Positions 29,601 to 41,600 of a stretch of 64,000 nt of DNA are shown one piece after another (within the stretch, counting starts at the first letter, position 1; the number at the start of each line of letters is the position of its first letter). The translations under genes and the position numbers were made by a program. The stretch lies in contig NMRA01000008.1 of NCBI GenBank assembly GCA_002633005.1, forward strand, positions 1,069,974 to 1,133,973. Reading direction: 5' to 3'. This stretch comes from Phoronis australis. Its lineage: Eukaryota > Animalia > Phoronida. The notes beneath the pieces were generated by a model that saw nothing but the letters and a program-made list of their open reading frames with translations, made no database searches and was not told the origin of the DNA.

Positions 29601-32600
29601 AAGAGATCTCTTTCACACCTTTCCACACTTGATCACAGCAGCCGTTTTAGATCATGTGACTTTGACAAAGACGAGTGTGTCGGATTCAAGATTCATTAAT
29701 AAATGTGAATTACCTATTCATGCATTTATGTTCTCATTATTGTAATGAGTATTAAGCAGTTATTGTATTGAGGGCCAACAGAAGAACAGTGTACAGTTCA
29801 ATAACACAAGCACTAAATAATAGCAGCAATGACATTCAGTATGGCCTTCTAGGAGTTTTGCAGTAGGTTTAAGTCTTCGTTTTTGTTCTTTCAGTTTTTA
29901 TAAAGAGGATTAACTTATACTCCGATCATATAAAAATGGTATATTTATTATCCAGCCATTCAGTTGTAAGTTCACAAGCTTTCTTCAATGGCATGACAAC
30001 TTGCAGCAAAATAAATATATGAATAGCTCAAGTTGAGCCTTTCAGGTGTCATCAGGCAATTCTTGCCGTGGTAACAGATGATCATTTGAGATACACCAGT
30101 CACGAAACTAAATGACAATTTGTAATTATCTTGCAAATGCCAAATGTGAATCATGACAATCGAATGTGATTGTGGTTGTCTGACAGATAACCAGTACAAA
30201 CATCTGAACTGAGCCAGCGTAGCTGTCTAGATGATGGTCATCCTATAGGGCCACTATTACCTGTAAGTGTTTCGGCAACCGGCCGTTTTTCCACGGCTCA
30301 TACCAGGGGGCAAGTCAAAATATGACCTCAACATTTTAACTAGGCCGAAGGTAAGAGCTGGCAGCCCTAGCGGTAAGCTATGATAGCTGAAGTCCCTGAA
30401 AACTGCACACAACCAAAACCAATTGCACACTAGAAATTTTTTAGTTAAAAGAATTGATTATGTCCCAAAACGTTAAAATAGAATAACACTTCCAGTGTTA
30501 ACACTTCCAGTGTTATTCTATTTTGCCAAGTGTCATTCCTCAGACTGAGTTTATCTTTGTTTAATAGTAAATTCACAAAGTTTCACGTGTCCACTATACT
30601 TCGTACTTAGTGAAAAATTACCGTACTCGCTTAATTTCATCAACAAAATTGACTTCCGTTGCCAGAAATATCAGTAAGTACTCAATAGGTTTCATTTAGT
30701 GCCATGATTTGGACATTGATTCTTATCAATAAGAGACCTTTGATAAGACATTTCAACTCATAAGACATTAGTAAGTATGTAGATTTACATGATGTTGAAG
30801 TACCTGTAACCAAGCAGAGTATGGAATACTCATTAACATTGATCACAAAATGCCAATTAAATAAAATTATCATTGCACAGATATTACATAACTGTTCCAA
30901 ATAATACCATACAGAACGTACGATCTCCTCTTACCTTCCTTTTTATGAAATTTTGTTGCCAACGACATGATCACCAAACCTTAAAACTCGTTAGCTTGTG
31001 CTGACTGGCATATACTTATTGAAACCTTCACCATTGCTGCCCTGCCGCCAGACTGCCTAACAACTGATATCTTGTGGCAAGTAAAGGCAAGTATTTTCAG
31101 TGGATAAGAGCATTAAGTCAACACATGAAATCTCACCAACTTTGTACTAAAGTTACCAAAATAGTCTTCTTTTCATTTTTCGTAGGCTTCTAACATTCAC
31201 GTGGATTTCCCTAATTTTCCAAATATTGTCTGCTGATAGCTATGGTACAAACATTGGTCAGTCCAACTGGTACTACGATAGACTGATTTAGTATTTTTCA
31301 TAGTTCCCTTTTCTACCAATGAAATAGGGTGTCACATACGCTTCTGTAAAGATTTTAAAAGTGTTTTGGCTGATAATCAAAACACAGAGTGACACTATCG
31401 TTAAGAAAAGTGCTTTTCTGAGATCAGCCGTAATGCGAAATCAAATTCAGAACTTTAACAACTTTTCTAAAATTTCTAAGCAGAAAGATTTCGTCATCAT
31501 CGCCAACACCAATTATCTCCATGGTTACAGTCACATTCCATTTATATCATTTAACATTCAATTTCACCAAAGCTCGCTCTTGTTTCAACTTCATCGTTTG
31601 TTTGCCCTGCAACTTAAAAGTGGCAATAACCCACATTCTATCGAAGAAACTAGATTAGACAATGTGCCACTATAAAATTGGTCTCAACTTGTTCGTAAAG
31701 TCCCGTCCATACGCATCCTATCCTTAAACAACTTGCACTAGTGCAACTTACCCCACTTTTAAGTGGAACGTCCACACACACATGCAAAAGCTAGGATAGG
31801 GTAGAAGTTGTCGATCTGTTCGTGACAATGAACACCAAATGTGAGTACTTCGTATGTAACAGCAGCTGATAATTACTGGTGCAAGTTACCCTACAACAAG
31901 TTACTCCACCTTGAAATAGTGGGGTAAGTAAAGTGGGGCAAGTTTTGCTAGTTTAAATAGCATCCTGACAGCACTCAAACCTAGTGACAACTCGTTCCAA
32001 GAGTAACCTTTTGGAGGTAAGTCTGTGTGTAGAGGTCACTTTACTCAGATGGGAGTATTTTATTGTATTTTCAAAGAACTGACAGTTCATTAGTGTCTTT
32101 GAGATCATTATTAGTGAATAATATGACACGCGACAAGTCCACTTCCAGCGCCAGGGATGCACTGCCAGTCCATACCAAGATCAGAATATTTACTAACGAA
32201 CAATTTGAGACTAATTTCACAACGGTAAGTGATCTATGTAAATCAAATTTCATTTTTGCCATGGAAGTTGAGATTCTAAACACATTGCTAGATGAACAGG
32301 GAAGAACTTGTCACATTCCAATGCCAAGCGACGCTATATGCATACTCTCGAGTTCCGAATAGTCGTATATATACGATTATTTTTTTCAGACTCGTTTTCC
32401 GGTCTATACGACTCTTATTCGGGTCTCTACGTTTATTAATTTTCTAACTTTTTTCCACTCTCCACGATTATTTGTTTCAGCAAGTTCTCAATTTTTGTTT
32501 TATTCATTACAAATTTGTTACACCAAAACTTAGCTGTAGACACCGGGTATCGTACCTTGGCCGTAAAATGTGGTGTCTTCGCTCTAAACCTCTAGACCAC

Positions 32601-35600
32601 GAGACACTAGGTTCTGATGTAGTAATTTAGAAGAGCTATATACGACTGCGCGTTACACACGGAAGTCACATGTCAAACACATTAAAAGATTTTATTCGCC
32701 AAAATATACAACTGTACATTTTAAAGCGTAAAATAATCGGACTCCCAAGCAACGGTTTACGCAACGGCTTTCTGTTGGACGGCCAGAATGTTATTTTGGA
32801 CGGGTTCGACAGGATCGGTCAGAATTAAGAAAGTGTTGGCAAAATTTAAAAAGCATGAAATGATTACCACTTCTCTTAATATTAACGTCTGACTGCTCAA
32901 AGAAATAGGCCATCAGTAATTTCAGAAATGATGAATTTAATGCACAAAAAATGCATTTTTCAATATTCGGCGCGCCCCGTGACACAGACCGGTGTTACCG
33001 GCAGCTCAACGTAAATATGAAAAAAAAACCTTTCGACGATTTTCTTTGGGTGATCCAATATTTATGATTGCACCCTGTGAAAAACTGGCAAGCCGTACCA
33101 AGTCTTCACTGTGTCTGTCCCCGAAGTTTGGGTTTCCGGGGGAGTAATTCCGGGACTTTGCACAGCCAGTGTCATCTGCGGTTTTCGTCATTATTGACAT
33201 GCGCATTCTACATACTTAATCATGTCGTCTGCCGCGCAAAGACCTAAAGAATTCGAGGATTATTTTACAAACCGAGAGATGTTCCAGAGACAGACATTGA
33301 TTCAGATGCTGGTACGACAAATAATCCGGCTATAGATACGGACTGTGGTGATAACGCGGCAAGTCGACGAAGCGCAAATACCCGTGCAGTTAATGAACAG
33401 TGCCGAACCTTTCAATCAATCTAGGAGCCAGGTTCCTAGAATCAACAAGTCAAAGACAAAGTACCAACAAGTTGCCGACAACATCGGACATCAGCATTTT
33501 TACAATTCGCTCCAAACTTGAGAATAGATTGTTTTTATGAACAGGAAGAATGGACCTGTGACAATCTTGAAAATGACATAGTTGCTAACGTTCGACAATC
33601 CAGTCGATATCTATTGAAATTCATTTCTACTTGCCCGTCCAAATAAATGGAAAAGCGCACGTGAATCGGTTTGTTTATTATACCTAATTAGACATTCAAG
33701 ATGGTGGACGTAGTTGTGGTCGTGGACTCGAATGTTTTGCAATTCTGCAAGAAATCTCAATTTCTGGTCGTGTGAAATTTTGGATGTACCGACTTTTTGA
33801 CGTCGAATTCTGACTAACATTCCGAGGGTATTGACTATGAACGTTGTGCAAGGAGATTGAGAGAAACAAAGGCTCGACTGTCAGGAATATGTATGATAAA
33901 AATGCGAGTCGTTTTACCAACACACTTTATTGTCCTTATTCAGACTGTCGGCTTCGTGGAAGACTAGACGTTGCTGCTGAAATCTTTACCTCCTTGTTAT
34001 AATTTTTGGACTTAGTCGACATTGGCATCCCTAGTATGAATGTCACATTCTTTTTTGAGTAAAATGATAACGCATACTGTTTGAAACACATCTATATAGA
34101 CTTCCATTTAAAGTTATTGAATAAACGAATGGTCTTTGTTTTAGCAATGACACTTTATTCCACTTCACTGTACTATGTTATGGCATGTGTGGATACACCA
34201 CTGCAATAATTTAACTATGCTAGTTTTCAATTTAAAAGTTTTTCTTTGAAACAATTACTTATAGCGGTGGTAAGTCAGACAGAATATGCTTCTTTGCATT
34301 ATTATTCCAATCCCATCTACATCATTATTAGATTTTGCACTTCCTATTATTTCCATCTACCGTTACTACATTTTACGCAAATTTGTAATCAATGTTATTA
34401 TTCCAGTCTATATTATTTTTAATTTTCCACAAATTTCCCGTCTATACCATTATTCCTAAGAATTTGCTGTTTTGCATTATTATTCTCTTCTATAACATTA
34501 TTAGATTTTACCTAAATTTGTAACCAATATTATTATTCCAGTCTATACTATGTTTAAATTTCCACAAATTTGCCGTCTATACCATTATTCCATTCTATAC
34601 TATTATTAATTTTTTTTCGACAATTTCCGGTCTATACTATTATTCTACTTTTCTAGTGGCAAAAATGTTGGGTCTATACTATGATTAGAGTCTCTACTAT
34701 TATTAAAAATCGTGAAATTTTCCAGTCTATACTATTATTGCTGTCTCTACTACTATTCGGAACTCCAGAGTAATGTACGCAGCTACAATAGGCTTAAGAG
34801 TTTGCCACCCTCTTTTCTATTCGGAATACAGTCTTTCAAAGACCAACCATGAACTTGTAGTAATATCTACAAACACTGGGCTAGGTGAACTTGAAATTAC
34901 ATCAATACCTCATCAACAAATAATTATCAGAGCAAAATCAATAAATATTCATCACTAATTCATGAATTACACCTTCATAAATTTACATTATATAACAGCA
35001 AATTGACAAACAACTTCCGAAATAACACTTCACCCAAGTCAATAGAAAATCTTATCTAAAATTCACCATATGGAAACAACAACATTCCAAAACACACACA
35101 CACCCACAATATTATGTAACTTCCTTGTAAAAACCAGGGATTCTTTCCCAGAAAACAAAAATAATGTGCCTTTAAAGAAACACAAGCAGTGCAGTACAAA
35201 GAGATGAAACAATGGCAGAACTAAGATGACCAAAACAATTTTCTAATCACCTGGCTAATTAGTGACCATGGTGTAGGGCTCAATGCTCATAACATCAGCT
35301 AAATCCCAAAAAATCTAAAAATCCAGCTTGCACATTTACGCAAGACAAACAGTGTCAAGCGATAGTTTACACACATGATCGGTGTCAGGCAACCCTTTCC
35401 ACACAATGCCGAAGTTGTAGTAAGGAATGTGGAATGTGCATGCTCACGGTTACAATTGGTGGGAATTGTAGTTTATGTTGAGAAAAAGAATATTATGCAA
35501 GTTTTTGCAACTCAATATAATTAACCATTCGCCCAGCCACTAATACGGCTAACGGTGCAGCAGGGCAAGTGAACACTTATGGCCTGGTTGCCCAGGAAGC

Positions 35601-38600
35601 AAGCGAATTTTCAGAGCAATTAGGCACTCTATCATTCATCTTTGTGAAGTCCAGAAAAAATTCTCATGTTTTATATGGACATTAGCTTCATTTCTGAAGC
35701 ATCATTTGAAATAAGTTTTGTTTCCGTTGTTTTCAAGACAGTATGGGTGTGGAAATTTAATTTTGAGTCGCGCTTGCCATTTGCGTATGAATCGGCGACA
35801 TTTCATGCTGGCGGGTTCTCAACGACACGTAGCTCCGCTATAAGAAATGGTGCTTCCCAAGTCCCCACCCAGTCATTTTGAGCACAAGTTTATATTTCAA
35901 AAAATACCTGTTTGCTGAAGTTTTGAGAACACATATTTCTCAGTTCCAAAGTTTGTGACAAGCATGGTGGTATCATGTAAACTGTTGGTTTTCCATATAT
36001 GGCACAGGCCCACCCACTGAGTCAGGAGCCGACGTTACAAATGGTTAACAATACCAAATGACTTAGCAACGGCCGACGCTTTGCATTCTCTGAGTGTTGC
36101 AAATGTTTTTGTCTGACGCTATACACGCTCTAGCCCAATGTTCCACAAAATAACTGCTGTGGGATGAACCACGACTCAGTACGTTTTGAATGACAATCGC
36201 CACAGCATAAGTGAAGGGCATGTGACTTTGCTCCACCATGTCACTCAAACTAGATTTAAGAGTATCCTCATACACCATGTTCACTTTCAGCCACAATGTG
36301 GATCACAGGTCAATATCAGATGTATTGAATGTCTCGGCACGCCAATAGCACATTACCATGGAAGGATTAGAACACTCATTCAGTGGCTGATCTAGGCTCG
36401 TTTTCAGTAAGGGGGGGTTTAGGATTTGCGCGAATCCAAGGCACGTAATGCCAAGCGGGAGGAGGTCGAAAGAGGGTTTTCCCTCCCGTGTATGACTTTT
36501 TTTATCTTTTTGTAGCTGATTTTTTTCCTAGCAACGTTTTTTTAATATGAGATATGGTGCAGAAGTGGTCACCCATGTGTACAGTATTGCACAAGGGGAG
36601 ATATGGTGCAGATGTGGTCACCCATGTGTACAGTATTGCACAAGTGCTTGCATCGTGACTGCATCCACCTTGTGCTTGGTTTGTGTTTAGACGTAAAGTT
36701 GACACATTGCGACATGATCAGGCGCAAGTTGCTCTACCTCAAAACCTCGCGACAAAAGGTGTCACTGTGATTTTAGTTAGTTCCGTGTCAGATCTGTTCA
36801 CACGCATAGTTGCAATGTGTCATGTCGTTCCATGTCAGATCTGTTCACACGCATAGTTGCGCTGTGTCATGTCGCTCCATGTCAACTTTTATAGTGTAAA
36901 CACTCACGGTAAGCCAGGGATTTACTGCCCAGCATATCGAAACAATGCACCGTGGCAATAATTGAACATTGTAATATGATAATTGGCGAGGCTAATGACA
37001 GATAATAGCCGCCACCACCATGAACCTGATGACATCAACTCATGCTGCCACCGAAAGTCACCATTGACAGACTAGACAAGAGACACAGCACAAAGACCTT
37101 GCATGACAACAGACTATTAACTGCACCAATTAGGAACATAAACAGCAGTAGCATTAAATTTTTATGGAACAATGCCACTGATGAAAAGCATGCTTTGACA
37201 TGGTCAGTCAAGCTAGTCTTTTGGTACAGGTAAGAGTGAGAGTGGTCAGTTATGAGTTCTTTCCAAGCAGTGATCTTCTCTGAAACTATTTCCTCAATCT
37301 ATCAAACTCCTTTCCACGAAACATCAAATGAATTTACAAGTTCAATTCTGAAATGAATCGGTTTTAATATTAATGTTATGTAAGATCCTAGAAATGTCAA
37401 ATTTGGTAACCTTTAGAACATCACAACTCAGAAATGAATTCCTATGAAACCTTCAGATACTATGCTTTACGCGCTGTTCTATAAAATGCTGTAAGCGATT
37501 GCTTTTAAAATGTTCCACTTTTGCATGAAGGGCTATCAAAAAATAGGACTTCAATGATTTTTTCTGAAAAAGTAAAAAATACAAAAATGAAATAAGAATT
37601 TAAAAAGTAACAGTCTTTTTGAGATTTTATCTAGACGAAATTATCTAAAGAAATTTGGTCGAGTTATCTTTCTTTTTTACAAAATTTCATGTAACAAGAA
37701 TAATCGCGTGACTGCTGCCGACTAGTGCAAGTCAAGCATCAAACTGTAGATTTTTTTTCAGAAATTATACATTTGACCGAGTTAAAAGCTATAGCTTTGT
37801 AGATACTTGGATAAATACACAGGTAAATAAAGTCTTACATGATCTTAAACATTCTTGACCTTTATAGTAGTACCGGAGATTTCCCTACATAATACCAGCA
37901 AGTGTATACAGCTAATGGCATTTTCGTTTTCAAATTCAAAAATATGTAACAGAGATTTTCGTAAATAATAACCTAGGGTACTACCAGAGATTTCCACCAA
38001 TAATACAGGGACGTGTACTTAGCAGGTGACGTTTCACGTGTACGTTCAATTGAATATATTTCCCACACCGCATGTTAAAGCGTATCAGTATTGCAACTGG
38101 AGCTTAAATGATTACCTTTTTTCGTTTTCGGTCACTTTGGCAGATTTTCTCACCAATTTCGGACAAAAATAATTACAATTTTTTCAAGGGAAATTTCGTG
38201 AATGTTCATAATTTGTCAAAATATTGTCTGATGGTTGCTATGGTAAAGAATTTCAAAATCGAGAAGTATTATCTTGGCGTGACGTATCTCTGGTAGGAAA
38301 AATGATAGAATCAAGTTTCTCTTTTTGGTTATACTGTTTACTAAATTGGTGATTTCCCTTATTTTGAAAGGTATTTTGAACCTTTCTAGTCTTTTTATTG
38401 AAACGGAGCTTGGAATGACAATTCAAAAAAGATAAAAAATCACGGGTCATGTATCGTTCGTTCTACAAATGGGCTTATGAAAACGAAATGTTTTTTGTGT
38501 AGTAAAATTTATCTGAACTAAATGTCTTTACACGGATAAAGTCAAAACAATGACAAAAAAGACAAAAAAGAATAAACTGGAAATCAAATAAGAGAAAATA

Positions 38601-41600
38601 AAAACCCAAAAAGAGGAAATCTTCTTAAAAGAGGACCTGTGACATTATGAAGCAAATCGCACAATGAAAACACTGCATCTCAGTGGCTTAATGGCTTAAT
38701 TGCTGTAGTGCTTGCTCTATAATAGTTTCTGGCATCATGACTCAAGTCAAATGGCAAATTGCTATGTGTGGCAGGTGGGATTGAACATCAGCGGGAGGGG
38801 GGTACCAAGTTAATAATTTATTAATCTTACCTTCAATACCATAGATACCATCAGACAATACTTTGAGAAATTATTAGCATACAGTATTAGAAGCCTCCGA
38901 AAATGAAAATAAACTTTTAGCAACTATTTTTGCCTGAAGATGCCATTTTTGGACTCCCACTTTTGGAATCCCATATAAATCAACATCACTAATGCAGTAG
39001 CAGACAATACAATCTTTATTTTTTCCTTTATATTTTCACAAGTGGTGGGTAACTGTTCTTTCACAGTACAATCACACAGTAAAAATGGTATAATTCACAA
39101 AAAACTAGGAAGGCATGTCAGTATTTAATTACGGATACAACATGGTATTTTTATTGATACACGCAACAGTGCACACATGAAAATATACATGCCCAAATGT
39201 AAGGGACAATTCACAATTACAGCCAATTTTGCAAGAGTACAAAATGTAACCCATTCCAGAATGCTTTCTCTCTCCAAAAGCATACAGAAATGTTGATGCT
39301 TTATGGACCAACATTTCAACATGTACATCAACAGCATGTGACCATCAGGCAAAACTGCCTTCATACCCTCATCTAAGAATCATGGCAGTACTAAGCCCAC
39401 GTTGTTGCTTTGTCATATTTATAACACCCTGAGCCTAAATTTAGAATTAGATTTTGTCGTTTTGCACGATTATGTTTAAGTCGTCAAAAGCATGCATGAG
39501 CAGCAGCCCTTGTCCCCCCCTATCCCCTCCCTAAAGCGTATGCTTCGAGACGAGCACTCGTGGAAATTAATGTTCACTGTGAACAGACCCTTCACCTGGT
39601 AACCCACAAATTACTTTCAGTTGAATGTTCACGAAACTGGGCAAACTCAAACTCTTAAACCAAGACCAGACATTGTAGGTAAACCACTGGTGAATTTCGC
39701 CGAGATCAATCAGGACTCCCTCAATGCTCACAAAATTACCAGAATACTACATGTCTACTTTAAACAGTAGAAGATCAAGTTTTTTAACTTACTTTATGCG
39801 ATTGCATTAGATTACAAGAGCTCAAAAAGAAAATTGCTAGTTTTTCGCCATCTGTATTTTACAGGTGTTTTCTTAAAATTACAAGCCTTACGAACCGGTA
39901 TTTGAGTAAAACAAAACCAAGCACACAATTTATGATAACATGTCGGCATATTATATTTCTACACCGAGCATGTATAAAACTTTCAACACCTTTGTAATTG
40001 CTGGATTCGTGGGAACTCATTACCTTGCTGAAGTCATAGCCTTCATATTCTTTTCAGTAGTTGCAATTTGTTCTTATTATAGCATGAGGGAGCAGTGACG
40101 ATGTACGCCATTAAAGCCAGGATAATAGCTCCTAGGATAGGGCGCATGTAACTGACCTGTTATAAAGAAACACCGACGTGAAACAGATCAACAAAATTAA
40201 CCCAGTGTATCATGAGCACCACTATTATGATGGAGTTGAATGTATCAAGTGGATATGATTCTATAAAAGAAATCAACAGTATTGGTCACACGAATAGATC
40301 GTTTGACGCTGGGAACATGATGGCAAATGACACCAGAATAAGGCTACCACCCTTCAGATTTAACGACATCGAGGACATTCGCTTGTTACTGTACGGCTAC
40401 GTCTGGCCAATAGCCACGGTCTTAGTTGTGATCACCAGTGTTCTATCATGTACTATCTTATTTAGTCTGAAGATGCGATCGCCAACTAACCTAGTTCTGG
40501 GCTCGATAGCTATTGCCAACATGTTGACTTGCTTGCCTCCAATACCCCTACTTTTATACCTCTTTCACACTGGTTCTTACAAGGACTTTATTGAGTATCG
40601 CTACTGTATGCCATTCAAAGCTACCATCTTCATCATGCCAGTAATGTCACACAATGTGTCCATATGGCTAACCGTCTTTTTAGCGTTTCAACGTCTCCTC
40701 GTCATCAAACGGCCGTTCAAAGGACGTCGTCTAGTCACTGTCAAGTCAACAATCAAAGTAATCATAGGCTTGTATTTTGCCGGGACCATTGCTCACTTAT
40801 CGCGAGCTTTTGAGTCTACCTTTGAGCCTGTTCAAGTCTCTTCACTGATCCATACTAACAAGACCATAGTCGGCTGCCAGGAAGTCATAGAACTTTGGAT
40901 AATCAATCTGAACCTTTACTACAGTGTCTACTACTGGGCCAGGGCGATCTTCATGTATGTCATACCGTGCACCGTTCTGGTCATCTTCACCTGTATGCTG
41001 ATGGCCGCTTTAAAGGCGGCTTATCGCCAACGAAAAAGAATGTCCATAGGAAGGCGAGAGCATGAGAAGACACAAACAACAAGCATGCTCGTGGTCGTCG
41101 TGCTGGTATTTCTCACAGTCGAGATGCTAGGAGCCATAATTGTAGTTCTTGTGGTCGTCCCCAACGCGTTTGGAATAAAAGTCATGGACGTTACCACCCA
41201 GGCCAAAGTTCTCGCCAGTGCTGATGTCATCATCCTGTGCAGTTACCCATTCAACTTTGTAATTTACAGCACCATGAGCAAGGAGTTCAGGGTGATGTTT
41301 ATACAAAAATTTTGCTGCTGGAGAGCAAGCTTATCTGCCCTAAATGGAATGGTTACAGCCATGAATTTGACTGAAATGTCCAAAACTGCAGCTGATGATG
41401 GCACAGCCAATGATTGTCAATCAAGAGGATTGATTATACCCGTAGTAACAGTGGGAAATTTTGGAATCCGGCCAACTGAAAACGGCAAATATGTCATGGA
41501 CAGAGCAGGCTTGTTCACCAAAGACCACAAACATGAAGACACAAGCGTTGCACATCTTTAAGATAAAGTACTACAAAATTCACGACGCTCACGTAACCAG

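Noticed and set aside
29414-30250. Additional GPCR relic (SSD...CK...SVERC on the minus strand)
   Set aside because: The CK and ERC motifs are about 500 nt apart instead of about 75 nt; likely over-reading.
30475-30524. Short hairpin with an internal 15-bp duplication
   Set aside because: A small AT-rich palindrome consistent with slippage or a transposon footprint; no further support.
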